Assembly: GCA_964016885.1 (NCBI GenBank)
Contig: OZ024748.1
Location: 21,452,001-21,516,000 of the forward strand
Origin: Eledone cirrhosa
Lineage: Eukaryota
DNA length: 64,000 bases
Direction: 5' to 3'
Below the pieces are notes generated by a model that did no database searches, was not told the DNA's origin, and worked only from the letters and a program-made list of their open reading frames with translations. This document shows positions 42,706-56,892 of this stretch, piece by piece. Position 1 is the first letter of the stretch. The number at the start of each line of letters is the position of its first letter. A program made the position numbers and the translations under genes.

Positions 42706-42944
42706 TAGCTTTGATAACATTATCTGTGATTATAATAAGCGACTTCCCTCATTATCTGTTATTATAAGCTACTTCCATCATCATCAATATTATAACTTTC
42801 ATAACATTATCTGTGATTATAATAAGCAGCTTCCATCATCATCATCATTTAATGTCAATTTCCTATGCTTGCATGGATTAAACACGTTGTAATAGACTAG
42901 TCGGGAGACCATGTCTTGTTCATTAGTTCCATTGTTTACTTGAT

Positions 42945-44230
42945 TTCTACAGCTGGATACCCTTCCTAGCACCAACCACTTTACAGAGTGTACTGGGAGC
43001 ATGGTTTCTACATCTGGATATCCTTCCTAACACCAACCACTTTACAGAGTGTACTGGGAGCATGGTTTCTACATCTGGATACCCTTCCTAGCACCAACCA
43101 CTTTACAGAGTGTACTGGGAGCATGGTTTCTACAGCTGGATACCCTTCCTAGCACCAACCACTTTACAGAGTGTACTGGGAGCATGGTTTCTACAGATGG
43201 ATATCCTTCCTAGCAGCAACCACTTTACAGAGTGTACTGGGAGCATGGTTTCTACAGCTGGATATCCTTCCTAGCAGCAACCACTTTACAGAGTGTACTG
43301 GGAGCATGGTTTCTACATCTGGATATCCTTCCTAACACCAACCACTTTACAGAGTGTACTGGGAGCATGGTTTCTACATCTGGATATCCTTCCTAGCAGC
43401 AACCACTTTACAGAGTGTACTGGGAGCATGGTTTCTACATCTGGATATCCTTCCTAGCAGCAACCACTTTACAGAGTGTACTGGGAGGGAGCATGGTTTC
43501 TACATCTGGATACCCTTCCTAACACCAACCACTTTACAGAGTGTACTGGGAGCATGGTTTCTACATCTGGATATCCTTCCTAGCAGCAACCACTTTACAG
43601 AGTGTACTGGGAGGGAGCATGGTTTCTACAGCTGGATATCCTTCCTAGCAGCAACCACTTTACAGAGTGTACTGGGAGCATGGTTTCTACAGCTGGATAC
43701 GCTTCCTAGCACCAACCACTTTACAGAGTGTACTGGGAGCATGGTTTCTACATCTGGATACCCTTCCTAACACCAACCACTTTACAGAGTGTACTGGGAG
43801 CATGGTTTCTACAGCTGGATACCCTTCCTAGCACCAACCACTTTACAGAGTGTACTGGGAGCATGGTTTCTACATCTGGATATCCTTCCTAGCACCAACC
43901 ACTTTACAGAGTGTACTGGGAGCATGGTTTCTACAGCTGGATATCCTTCCTAGCACCAACCACTTTACAGAGTGTACTGGGAGCATGGTTTCTACAGCTG
44001 GATATCCTTCCTAACACCAACCACTTTACAGAGTGTACTGGGAGCATGGTTTCTACATCTGGATACCCTTCCTAGCACCAACCACTTTACAGAGTGTACT
44101 GGGAGCATGGTTTCTACAGCTGGATATCCTTCCTAGCACCAACCACTTTACAGAGTGTACTGGGAGCATGGTTTCTACAGCTGGATATCCTTCCTAGCAC
44201 CAACCACTTTACAGAGTGTACTGGGAGCAT
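42945..44230. repeat. 61 bp minisatellite (~21 copies) inside a minus-strand SINE
   Basis: Unit ggagcatggtttctacagctggatatccttcctagcaccaaccactttacagagtgtactg; SINE tail at 42834-42945. Confidence 0.95.
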
Positions 44231-45059
44231 TTTATCATGACTCCTTGCGTGATGAACTTGGGGATCCTGTCATGGGACCCAGACTATCCCCTTACAATAC
44301 AACCTGGGTGCGTTTCACTGTCGCACCAGCACAACCATTTTACAGAGTTGGATACATTCTACCAATGTCCAACCACCACCACCAGCACAGTCCCTCTTGT
44401 CTGCTAATGTCCTCCCTACACCAGTGCCACTGGCCCTCTCCACAACCACCTGTGTTGGCTGCTCCAGTCCTCTCTACCACCACCTCCCCTCATCACCACC
44501 ACCACCACACGTGCTCTCTACACCACCACCACCTGTGCTCTCTACACCACCACCACCACCACCACCTGTCGGCTACTCCAATCCCCACCACCACCACCAC
44601 CTGTCCTCTCTACTACCACCAGTTTTCTCCACCTGCTCTCTTTCCACCACCAACAGTCCTTTCTACCACCACCACCACCAATATGTCTCCACCATCTCTC
44701 CTCTCCAACACCACCACCACCACCACCACCAATTGCTGTAGATTGTCCAATTTCTATGGTGAACCTCTCCATCAAGGCCACTCCAACATCAGCCATGATG
44801 GAAGTAGCCAAAAAATCTATAATTATCCATTAGTTTGGAAATGGATTGATGGCATAAGATGGATTTTTGATTCTCTCCCCGTCTCTCTCCCTCTCTATCT
44901 CTCCCTCTCTCTCCCTCTCTCTGCCCCTCTCTATTTCTCTCTCTCCCCCTCTCTATTTCTCTCTCTCCCCCTCTCTATTTCTCTCTCTCCCTCTCTCTCT
45001 CTGCCCCTCTCTCTCTCTCTCTGCGCCTCTCTCTCTCTCTCTCTCTCTCTGCCCCTCTC

Positions 45060-45107
<48 letters not shown>

Positions 45108-46767
45108 TTTCTTTCACACACTCTCTCTCTCTCTCACTCTCTCACACTCTCTCTCTCACACACACACACTCTCTCTCTCACACACATTCTCTCTCTCCCT
45201 CTCTCATAGACAACTCTATTTCTCTCTACTTAATTGTCAGACTATATTTTACAATCTCCTCCCTCTCACCTCACTCCCACCCTACCCTGTGCTTCTCTAA
45301 CAAACACACACACATACATACACACACATACATATGGGGGACACACATACATACACACACACACATACATTCATACATGCACATACACATGATGACACAC
45401 ACACAGGGACACACATACACACACATATATTCACACACGCACATACACACGAGGACACATAGACACACACACATATATTCACACACGCACATACACACGA
45501 GGACACATAGACACACACACATAGACGCGTGTACACACAGATAGACGCTCACACATGTACACATACATACACATACATACACATATATTCACACACGAGG
45601 ACACACATAGACACATGTACACACACATATACCCCCTACACACCCGGAACAGTCAATTTGGTCATCAGCAATTCTCCAAAACCACTTCAACCATAGACTG
45701 CAGCTCTCCTCCAGTTGCAGCTATAACTTCACACACATCATATATACACACACACATATATACACCACACCTTTTGTCATACACATACACACACTTATAT
45801 ACACGACACCTTTTGTCATACACACACACGACATACATATACATACACCACACCTTTTGTCATACACACTCGACACACACACATATACACCACACCTTTT
45901 GTCATACACATACTCGACACACACTTATATACACCACACCTTTTGTCATACACATGGTGGCTGCCAACTCGTTTTCGAGTACAGCCACTACTTTATATCC
46001 ATGTAGGAGAACTCCTACCGATGCGCTGAACGAGTGTGACTTTTTAGTCCAGCCAGCGACTTGAAAACTCTGGTACAAACACTACACTTGTGACAATTAC
46101 TGACACATAGTGCTGGGCCCATGGTTCCATGTGACGCCAAGTGCAGAGAGATATCCAGATATAAAGCAATGCCTGTGCCGTGAAGCTTTTATAGTGAGCA
46201 AAGGCACTGCACAAAGCCAGTCCCACTCTCTTAACCAAGATGATATTTACCAAAGAGAAGAACAAGTCAACATCATTGGATACCATCAGGGTTGCAGGTG
46301 TTATATCAGAGTTTTCCTTCTCCTAGAATTCTGCCTTGACAAAGGCTAAGGGGTCATCTCTCCTGGTGATTTTGGATGGCCATTGACTCTTAAGAGCTCC
46401 TTTGCCCTTTGACAGGTTTTGTTTTTAGTCCTACAGGATGTCCAAAGTCACCCTCCTCACCAAGAAACCTTAGTGGGGTTGCCAGTTTAGTTGCCAACAA
46501 CCTGACCATGGGACAGGTTGTACTGGGATACATGTTATACACATACATACATATATACACCACCTGTTGTCATACACATACACCACCCCTATATATATAT
46601 ATATATATATATATACACTACCCCTTTTGTCTCATACACACACATGCATACACCACCCGAATTGTCACACACACACAATATCCTCATCTCCCCCCCTCCC
46701 ACACACACACATACCTACACATATTCCTACCTGAGGATATGAGACTACTCTTACACACAACCACACA

Positions 46768-46825
<58 letters not shown>

Positions 46826-46839
46826 CTCTCTCATATATA

Positions 46840-47088
46840 AAAGTGACACAGAGGAGACTGAGGTTAGATGGACATGCTCAGCGACATCCAGAGTTGACAT
46901 TGCACTCAGTGCTCCTGTGGGAGCCCCTACATGGACACACTGGAAGAGGAAGACCATGGTTAACGTATGTTGATGCCCTAAGGACAGACACTGGTCTGTT
47001 GGAGACGCAGGACATGGCAGCGATAATCAGGGACAAAGACCACTGGAGAGAACTTGTCCATGGATCTCGGGAATTTTACCCGCCCTAG
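46840..47088 (+). pseudogene. RTE-clade LINE 3' end fragment (same family as 37635)
   Basis: ORF 46843-47088 is nearly identical to the C-terminus of the 37635 copy. Confidence 0.85.
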
Positions 47089-47194
47089 AAAAAAAATATA
47101 TATATATATAATCACACAGGTATACACAGTTGTACCTGTAATTCAATAGCCCTATCCTGTCACATGCTGTGTCACACACACATATTCATTTCAT

Positions 47195-47500
47195 TCATTC
47201 ATTTCATTTTACGTCTGCCTCTCCCTGCTTGCAAGGGTGGGACAGGAACTGATTCTGGCTTGATTTCTACAGCTGGATGCCCTTCCTGACACCAACCTCA
47301 TTTACAGTGAGTGCTGGGTGCTTTTGTGCCGTGGCACCTCCACGACCATTTTGCAGTGGAATGATAGGGACCCCAGCCCCTATCATCTCATTTCTACAGC
47401 TGAGTAAACTGGAGCAATGTGAAATAAAGTGTCTTGTTCAAGGAAACAACACATCACCCGGTCTGAGAATTGAACTCACAACCTTTCGATTGCAAGGCCA
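47195..47500 (-). mobile_element. CORE-type SINE, 5'-truncated
   Basis: Homologous to 31073-31410. Confidence 0.85.
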
Positions 47501-47597
47501 CATATACCTACACATATACCTACACATATACCTACCTGAGGATATGTGACTACTCTTACACACTGTTACACTACACACTCTCACTCTCTTTCTCTCA

Positions 47598-47675
<78 letters not shown>

Positions 47676-47767
47676 ATCATACAGGTACACACAGTTGTAC
47701 CTGTAATTCAATAGCCCTATCCTGTCACATGCTGTGTCATGTTGAATCTCCCTGAGAACGACATTAA

Positions 47768-47963
47768 CCCTTTAACATTCAAACCAGCTGTATCTGGCCA
47801 GAATTCTCTCACCTCTTTCTGTTCAAACTGGCTGTAACTGGCCTCTCATACTGATGTTAAGGTATTGTTCACAAAATAAATAACATGAAAATCTGATAGG
47901 TTCGATATTATGTGAGATAAAGCCTTTACCACCAAAATACAATAGTATATATAGAGTAAAGGG
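47768..47963. mobile_element. piggyBac-like MITE
   Basis: TTAA|ccctttaac...taaaggg|TTAA; homologous to 48797. Confidence 0.7.
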
Positions 47964-48796
47964 TTAAATCCACAAACTGGTTCATCCATAGACCAAATCA
48001 ACTGGACCACTGATTGTTGGAATCAGTGCATGTCCAACCACATTACGGCAATATCCATTTTATATGTTGTTGATATCTTTGATACTGTGTGACCTTCCTC
48101 ATCTCAGATGACATATGATCAAAGGTGTAGTAGCTGTGACCATCTTATTTGTTCTTACATCAATATCAAATTCACATTATTGATATCTTGCTTATGAAAA
48201 TACTTATCTTCTTGTACGTCATTCAAATATACTCTGTCAAGGATCTATGTAGGTTTAGCTGACCTCCTATGAGGCTTCTTGTGTTGTTACAGCTCACACC
48301 TATGTAGGTTTAGTTGACCTTTTTTGAGGTTGTATCTCGTATGAGGCTTCTTGGGTATTTCAATGACAGAGGTCTCTACTCCTCTCATGAAAAGCAATGT
48401 GAAATGAAGTATCTTGCTCAAGAGCACAACACACTGCTCAGTCCAGGATTCAAACCCATGACCTTATGAGTCCTAGGCCACATATTATTACCTTCTTTCC
48501 TTCAAAATGATTTTAAAGAGATTTTAACTGGTTGAAACCAGCTCAATAGAGTTAAACTCAATGGAATCACTGGTTGGAGCCTGACTCAATGGAGTCACTC
48601 ACTGGAGTTAAACTCAGTGGAGTCACTGGTTAAAACTAGTTCAACTTATCCCAAATGAACACCGATACAAGTACAAGTAAGATTTGGTTACTTTTTCTAG
48701 CTGATCAACCAACTATATAGAAGCTCATTTGTTGGTTCTTGTACATTTATTATGTTAACATAATATTTGGCCAGCTGTGAGAATTTAGTCCTTTAA

Positions 48797-49015
48797 CCCT
48801 TTAGCATTTAAACCGACCTTATCCAGCCAGAATTCTCTCACCACTTTCTGTTCAAACCGGCCATAACCGGCTGCTTTTACTTAGGTTAAGGAATTTTTCT
48901 TAAAATAAATAATATCAAAATCTCATGGATTCAATATTATGTAAGTTAATTATATGAGAAAATATTTACCATGAAAATACAATAGTAAATATAGAGTAAT
49001 ATAAATGCTAAAGGG
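48797..49015. mobile_element. piggyBac-like MITE
   Basis: 14 bp TIR ccctttagcattta / taaatgctaaaggg; TTAA on both sides. Confidence 0.85.
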
Positions 49016-49590
49016 TTAACATATTAAGACCTCTCTCACTACTGGAATATATAAAATTCTTGCTTTACTCTAAGAACTTAACTATTTCCCCATGATAATT
49101 AAATGCCTTTGCTGTAATTCTTCAAACAATTTATTATATTTCGCCAACTCTGACATTATGAGAAAGAGTTGACTGTGTCTTTCACAAAACACAACTTCTT
49201 CTTTGTGACATATTTCCTAGCTTTCAACATGTCACTGGCACCAATGACCTTGTGGAAGTTTGTAATTGTAATTAGTGTTGTTGTTGTTGTTGTGGTAGAG
49301 GTGGGTGTGGTGGTGGTGGTGGGGGTGGTGATTGTAGTGTTGTAGTGGTGGTGGTGATTGTAGTGTTGTTGTGGTGCTTGTTGTTGTTATTGTAGTGGTT
49401 GTTGTTGTTGTTATTGTAGTGGTTGATGTTGTTATTGTAGTGATGGGGGTGGTGGTGGTGGTGGTAGTGGTGGTTGTGGTGTTGTTGCTATTTTGTTGTA
49501 ATGGTGGTAGTTGTGGCGTTGTAGTAGTGGTTGTTGTTGTCATAGCATTTCCTCCATTACATAATGTCTTGTCACCACTGCTGTTGCTGC

Positions 49591-49713
<123 letters not shown>

Positions 49714-49879
49714 CCCTACCGGAACTGGAATAATAAGCTATAACTAGAGTCATTATTATTATTAACAGGCAATCAAAGCATGTTCAGAAATATGTTTGTT
49801 ACAAACACACACACACATATAAATATCATCATCATCATCATGTATATAGATATATACACATAGATATAATATGTATATA

Positions 49880-49922
<43 letters not shown>

Positions 49923-50255
49923 GGAGGCACATGGCTTAGTGGTTAGAGCATTGGCCTTGCAATCGAAAGGTTGTGAGTTCAATTCTCAGACTGGGTGATG
50001 TGTTGTTTCCTTGAGCAAGACACTTTATTCCACATTGCTCCAGTTTACTCAGCTGTAGAAATGAGATGATAGGGACTGGGGTCCCTATCATTCCACTGCA
50101 AAGTGGTCGTGGAGGTGCCACGGCAGAAAACACCCAGCACTCACTGTAAATGAGGTTGGTGTTAGGAAGGGCATCCAGCTGTAGAAATCAAGCCAGAATC
50201 AGTTCCCGTCCCACCCTTGCAAGCAGGGAGAAGCGGACGTAAAATGAAATGAAAT
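49923..50255 (+). mobile_element. tRNA-headed CORE-type SINE
   Basis: Full-length copy of the 3330 family. Confidence 0.85.
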
Positions 50256-50408
50256 TAAAATAAAATGAAATATATATATATATGTAGAAGTTGTTGGAAT
50301 TCCGACAAACATAAATGTTTATAACTGATTTAGAGCACTCAACAGGTTACTGGAGTAAATATTCAATGATATTAAATAAATGGAAACTATATTTATAAAA
50401 CCCTATTT

Positions 50409-50471
50409 ATTTTATTATATATATTTCAAGGGCCAACAAGCCAACCTTGGTGCGCTTTCATCAGATAAAAT
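50409..50471 (-). ncRNA. Minimal type I hammerhead ribozyme
   Basis: attttat-CTGATGA-aag..caag(gttgg)cttg..ctt-GAAA-tatata-TA-ataaaat. Tail shares agcactc.acag...actggagta with 32777-32860 and ends in (TA)n. Confidence 0.75.
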
Positions 50472-51001
50472 TTTACAAGTCCAGGAATGGTGGTTGGTTA
50501 GCAGAGTAGTTAAAGTGTCAGACATGATATTTCCTGCTATCATTTCTAGTTCTGTACATTCTGAGTTCAAATGTCACCACCAGCCAGCCACTGGAAAAAA
50601 TGGTGACACATCCGCCATAAGTTGATAGTATCAGCAATAGAAAAGACCAATAGAAGCTTAGTTTCTTTGGTCTAATCTGACAATCAGCTTCTTTCCTTTC
50701 CTAATACTTTAAACACAAGTCTGCAACAAATGGTCTTTACACACCACATACATTGATGATCATGATACATACATTCACACTATATATATATATATATACA
50801 CACATACACACACACACATGCATTCATACATTCATACTCACAAACATACACATATATTCACACACATGTGACATACACATACACTCATATATATGTGTGT
50901 GTGTGTGTGTGTGTGTAAAATTGCCTCCTGTGTTTTATTTGTTTCATTTATTAACTTTATATTAACTCCCCTCCCCCCCCTCTCTCTCTATATATATATA
51001 T

Positions 51002-51208
51002 ATAGGAACGAGTAGGACCCCGACGGCTGAGCTCAAGCCGTTTCGACAGCTAATTCTGGACATTTTTAGTCCAGAATTAGCCGTCGAAACGGCTTGAGCT
51101 CAGCCGTCGGGGTCCTACTCGTTCCTATTACCCACTCTACTACCCTAAGTATTGAGTACTTTGGTGTGTTTTGGTCCACCTGGTTCCTTACCACATTTCC
51201 TTCGTTAT
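51002..51208 (+). mobile_element. Fold-back half-hammerhead element, copy 4
   Basis: 60 bp arms 51002-51061 and 51069-51128; GAAA-cggct(tgagctc)agccg-TC-ggggtcc; flanked by (TA)n. Confidence 0.75.
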
Positions 51209-52260
51209 ATATATATATATATATATTTTTTTTTTTTATTATATTGGGCATCCAGCCGTAGAAAGCCTGCTAGATAGTCCTATATGAGCGAGACACGGTC
51301 ACCCAACCAACCTTGCCTCAAGTGGCACAACTCCCGTCTAACCCATGCTAGCGTGGAAGATGGACATTAAACGATGATGATGATGATGATATTTTAATAA
51401 ATATTTGCTCTAAGGTTATTACTCACACATATACACACAAATACACGCACACATATACACACAAATACACGCATGCACACACACTCATACATCCATCCAT
51501 ACTCACACACACACACATATGTGACTTAGATATACACACTCACACACATATGTGACTTAGATATACACACTCACACATACGTCATTACATAATTAGAAAA
51601 TTGCAATTACAACCCAATTACAACCCATTAATGTAAGTGTAAAATTGTGTAAAAAGTTCTAGACATTTAGCCTGTGTAATGTATCCACATTGACTATATA
51701 CATACGTGCATACAATCATATATACATACATACATGCTGTGCATACAATCATATATACATACATGCTGTACATACAAATACACATACATGTACTAATGTA
51801 CATACATAAATACATACATATATGCATGTGCACATACACGCATATACACATATGCATATATACATACATTCATACATACATACATACATACATGAATGCA
51901 TATATACACACATATACACATATGCATATATACATACATACATATATATATACATGAATGCATATATACACACATATACACATATGTATACATACATTCA
52001 TACATACATACATACATATATATATACATGAATGCATATATACACACATATATACATACTTGCATGCATATATACACATACATACATGCAAATCATAGAT
52101 ACATATGTACACATACATATATACATACCTACATGCACACATACATATATACACACATGCAATCATATATACATGCATATATATATATATACACACACAT
52201 ATATACATACATGCAATCATATATACATATATATACACACATATATACATACATGCAATC

Positions 52261-52291
<31 letters not shown>

Positions 52292-52589
52292 TATACATAT
52301 ATGCATCTATACACACATACATAGATTGGGACAGTTGGTTATGTAACTAAGTGGCTCAACATAAATCTTGAGAAGCTGTGCTTGATAAAACCTGGAATGA
52401 CACGACTAATTAGGTAATTACAACTACAGATCATTAATGGAATTGTGAAAATATGTACATTCCATAAAACCTGCAGCTTCTACACATATCATCACCATTA
52501 TCATCGCCATATTTTTTTCAGGTGCCCCAGCATGGTCACAACCCAGGTGCTGGAATGAGTAGAAGAATAGATACATACATGTACAAAGT

Positions 52590-53080
52590 AAAACCTACTA
52601 CAGTCAGTAGGCATCTCTAACAAAATACACCCCCGTCCCACCACCCCCACCCCATCCACACCGCCCCTTTCAATGTAAAGTTATGTTGGTGCCACAACAT
52701 CCAGGCCGAAACAAATGAGATCGTGTAGGTGTCACGACAAAAAACACACAGTTCACGCTGTAATGTGGCCGTGTAGGCAACACGGTAAAAACCTCCCAGC
52801 CCCACACTGTAAATGTGGTTGGTGTTAGGAAGGGCATCCAGCTGTAGAAAACCCGCCAGACAGTCCACGCTGTAATGTGGCCGTGTAGGCAACACGGTAA
52901 AAACCTCCCAGCCCCACACTGTAAATGTGGTTGGTGTTAGGAAGGGCATCCAGCTGTAGAAAACCCGCCAGACAGTCCTATGCGAGCAAGATAATCACTC
53001 TTGCCTCAAGTGGGAAAACCCCCGTCCAAACCCATGCAAGCGTGGAACACGGACATTAAACGTTGATGATGATGATGATG
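52590..53080 (+). mobile_element. SINE-like element with an internal ~113 bp tandem duplication
   Basis: cacgctgtaatgtggcc...cccgccagacagtcc occurs twice (52754-52980). Confidence 0.8.
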
Positions 53081-53204
53081 TGCATACAAGGCAGTAAAAT
53101 TTGGCAGAATGGTTAGTCTTCTTCTAGAGTTGTAGAGATCTCTTGTTCTTTTCCCACTTATTCCTGAGAGGATCATGAGGGCAGGGTCCTCAAACACCCC
53201 TTCC

Positions 53205-53465
53205 AATGGGTCCTGTCAGAAGCAACCATCTCCAACTAATCCAGCTAGATCCTCAAGCGTAACCGGCCAAGTTATCCAACCATTTTGCTTGGGGTCTACC
53301 TCTGGGTCTCTTGCTGGTTGGTTTTGCCCGTAAAATCTGTCCAACGCTTCTTTCCTGAGACATTCTAACCACATGCCCATAGTATCGGAGCTGTGATCTC
53401 TCAATTCGTATAAGTAATGGCTCTACCTGGAGTGACTCTTTGATTTCCGAGTTACACATTTTAAT
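53205..53465 (-). pseudogene. RTE-clade LINE 3' fragment (second family)
   Basis: IERSQLRYYGHVVRM...KRPRGRPQAKWLD. Confidence 0.8.
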
Positions 53466-53719
53466 GACCGAAAGAATACAATCGTGAATACAAGCAGCCA
53501 GAATGGCTGGCTAGAGTGTCGGGTTAAATACCTCAATATTTGTACCAGCTTTCTACTGCTGTCTGTTTTCACTTTCCACCAATATCAACATTGCTTTTCA
53601 TTCATTCATAGTTTTTAAGAAAACATTATAATATTCAGACCTGCATTATAGCAACTTACAATAAGTTTGACATACTTTCAAAATGTTTCATAAAACAGTA
53701 CTTTATTTATTTATGTTAT

Positions 53720-54190
53720 GATGAAACAGCACCCAGTCTACCCTGTTAGGTGGTCATTCTGGTGCCACAATAAAAAGCATCCAGTCCATCCTGTTAATTG
53801 GTCATGCTGGTGCCACAATAAAAAGCATCCAGTCCATCCTGTTAATTGGTCATTCTGGTGCCACAATAAAAACCACCCAGTCCACCCTGTTAGGTAGTCG
53901 TTCTGGTGCCATGAAGAAACAGCACCCAGTCCACTCTGTTATGTGGTCATTCTGGTTCCAGGATATAAAATACCCAGTCCATCTGGTGCTATGATAGAAA
54001 ACACCCAGTCTACACTCTAACGTAGTTGGTATTAGGAAGGGCATCCAGCCGTAGGAACCAACCCAAAGAAAACAAATCCATATGAGTAGGACATTGGTCA
54101 CCTGACCTGATTTGTGTCATAACAGGACAACCCATCTAATCCATGCAAGTGTGGAAAATAGACATTATACTGTGATGATGATGATGATGA
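53720..54190 (+). mobile_element. SINE-like element with ~6 internal ~50 bp repeats
   Basis: ggtcattctggtgccacaataaaaagcatccagtcc repeated, followed by the ttaggaagggcatccagc module. Confidence 0.7.
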
Positions 54191-54441
54191 TATATATAAA
54201 TATGTGCGTATACATATATAGAGATCAATCAAGATCCCAGACTTCATTTAAATACTGGGTGGGGTGGAACACATCAAATTGGACCAAGGAAACAATGCTT
54301 CCATTGGTCTTTCTATGTTTACTGGAAGGATTGGTATCAACTTTATTGTACCAAAACCATAAGGATTTCCAGAAGTTGACTGATGAGAAGGGATATATCT
54401 GTGTTTATTCCAATGTCTTTGTCTTGTTCTGTCCTATTATG

Positions 54442-54495
<54 letters not shown>

Positions 54496-54718
54496 ACATA
54501 CGTCAGTAGAAACATATATATATATATATATCAAAGTATATATATTGAGTCAGAAACTCAAAATAGTCTCTTACAATAAAATAGCTCTAGGAAAGAGATT
54601 TTTCCGAGCCGTATATTATAATTGAATATAAAAGAAAGATAAACACAGATATATACATATGTGTTCAAATGTGTTCAAATCGTAAGGGACCAGATTCACT
54701 AAGGTGGAAAAAAAAAAA

Positions 54719-54749
<31 letters not shown>

Positions 54750-55598
54750 TAAAATAATACCTTGTTACTAGGTAGTAGTCTAATCTCGTCTCCTCTGTAT
54801 TCCAAATTTAGCTGTTTTAACTCTAGTGTTTACTTGATTCTAGTAAGCTACTTGGTCTCTATAAATACTGCCCCCCTCTAACAACAACAACAACAACATT
54901 GCAATTAACGTGATTTACTTACAGCCTTGATTCTACTTCAATAATCATCCATTTTATATTTCTATTCACATTCCAGCTTGGTCTTGTCACCACCAACTTC
55001 ACACATTCTTTTTTTTTTTTTTTTTACTCTCTGGCTTTTTATCATCATCATCATCAATTATATATGGTTTTGATTTTTAAAAGTTGTTTGCTCACTTCCT
55101 CTCTCTCACTCTCTCCATCCTTTTCTGGAAGAAATCTGTTGTGTTCAGACCTGGAGGGAGATGGGCTCTGCCAGCTTTTAAAATGCCCAAGAAACACTGT
55201 ATGCCACTATGGTGCCTGCCTGCCCCTACAACTCTATCAGGAGTTACGGGACACTACCATACCATGCTCCGTCATATATATTAAGTCATCCTAATACAGG
55301 CAAATCTTCACTACTTCTGATACTAATCTACTTCAAACTTGCCTCTCATTCTATGAAACAAAATCACCCATTTTAAAGGGTTCCTACTTAAATTATAATC
55401 GTCCGACATAATTATATATAAGAACCATATGTTATGTCACAAGTACCATCTTAATTCTGAAACAATTATTTTAGCAAATCCTTCCAAATTCTACATTAAC
55501 AATTTTAGTACCAAACTGCCTAAATCCACTAATGTTTATTGTAAAGTGTTTATATTTATCGAAAAACATTCTGTCATAATGTTATGTAATATCTTTAA

Positions 55599-55759
55599 TT
55601 CTTTAGCATTTATATTATTCTATATATACTATTGTATTTTTGTGGTAAAGGCTTTATCTTACATAATTATCTCACATAATATCAGCCAGTTATGACTGGT
55701 TTGAACAGAAAGAGGTGAGAGAATTCTGGCCGGATATGGCCAATTTAAATGCTAAAGGG
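55599..55759. mobile_element. piggyBac-like MITE, probably nested in an older AT-rich MITE (~55370-55950)
   Basis: TTAA|ttctttagcattta...taaatgctaaaggg|TTAA. Confidence 0.7.
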
Positions 55760-56264
55760 TTAATTTATGTTCCAAACACCAGCTTAATAATGAGAAAATT
55801 GATTTTATATCTAAATTCCTCTAAATACTTGGTTGTTTTGAAAAACATTTGAAAATTACAGGGTGTTTCTTTCGTTAGAAAAATGGTAATAAAATGATTA
55901 ATTAATTAAAATAGAAATTATTTCATTAGAAATAAAATCTTAAAAGGGTTAATGCTATTTAATTTGATCAAATCCTCTCCATGCAGGATTTTATTTGTAA
56001 ATAGTGAGAAAGTGAATTCAGTACAAAATAAAAGAGCTCAACTCTACACAACCTGCATCAACCCATCACCATTGCCTTAAGCGACAATTTAGTTTATTAT
56101 ATAAAGAAACTAGTGCCTAAATATCTTTCAATATTTTCAGAGATAACGAATTCAGTGGTGAATGTAAATTGAGCCATATAATAGATTAAATTATATTCTA
56201 TTAATTATGCTATTGATCTATTATTCAATTTAATATTTAATGGTGATTAGAAAATACAGTGTGG

Positions 56265-56305
<41 letters not shown>

Positions 56306-56332
56306 TATGTACACACTCATACATACACACAC

Positions 56333-56364
<32 letters not shown>

Positions 56365-56892
56365 GCATACATATATACTATTATATATTTATATATATAC
56401 AAACATATTTTTTTAGTAATTTTAAATTATTAAAAAATAGATTGATTTGAAATATTTTTCAAAAACAAAATCTATTTTTGTTGTTGTTTCCTTACACAAA
56501 CAGATCCCACCCCTACTCCCACCAATACTCTTAAAATTTCATACCGTCGCCTCCTTTAAAGAGTAAATAGTAGTTTTCTAGACAGGGGTGGGATGAGAGA
56601 ATGTAACAATTTAATGCCCATATAAGGATTATAGTAGTCTTTTAGTGAAAATATTTTAATGATTTTACAATGGAAATTCATCTCCATCATTTTTATTGCT
56701 TTTTAAATGACAACCATTTAAAGAAAGAAAGGTTACCATAGTTACTTGGGTGTGTCACCGTTACATTGGTGTATCATTGTTGGAATGGTGTGTCGCTATT
56801 GAATTGGTGTACCACCGTTGGGTTGGTGTGTCTCCGTTGAATTGGTGTTATGTACCTACTGAGCCAATTGTACCTGGGTGCGCCACACTTAA

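Noticed and set aside
46110-46349. 79 aa ORF
   Set aside because: No recognisable motif; its 3' part overlaps a dispersed repeat also present at ~3900-3970.
53720-54050. Twister-like resemblance in ctggtgccac...aagcacccag...gttgg
   Set aside because: Could not build the required P1/P2 helices and conserved core from these copies.
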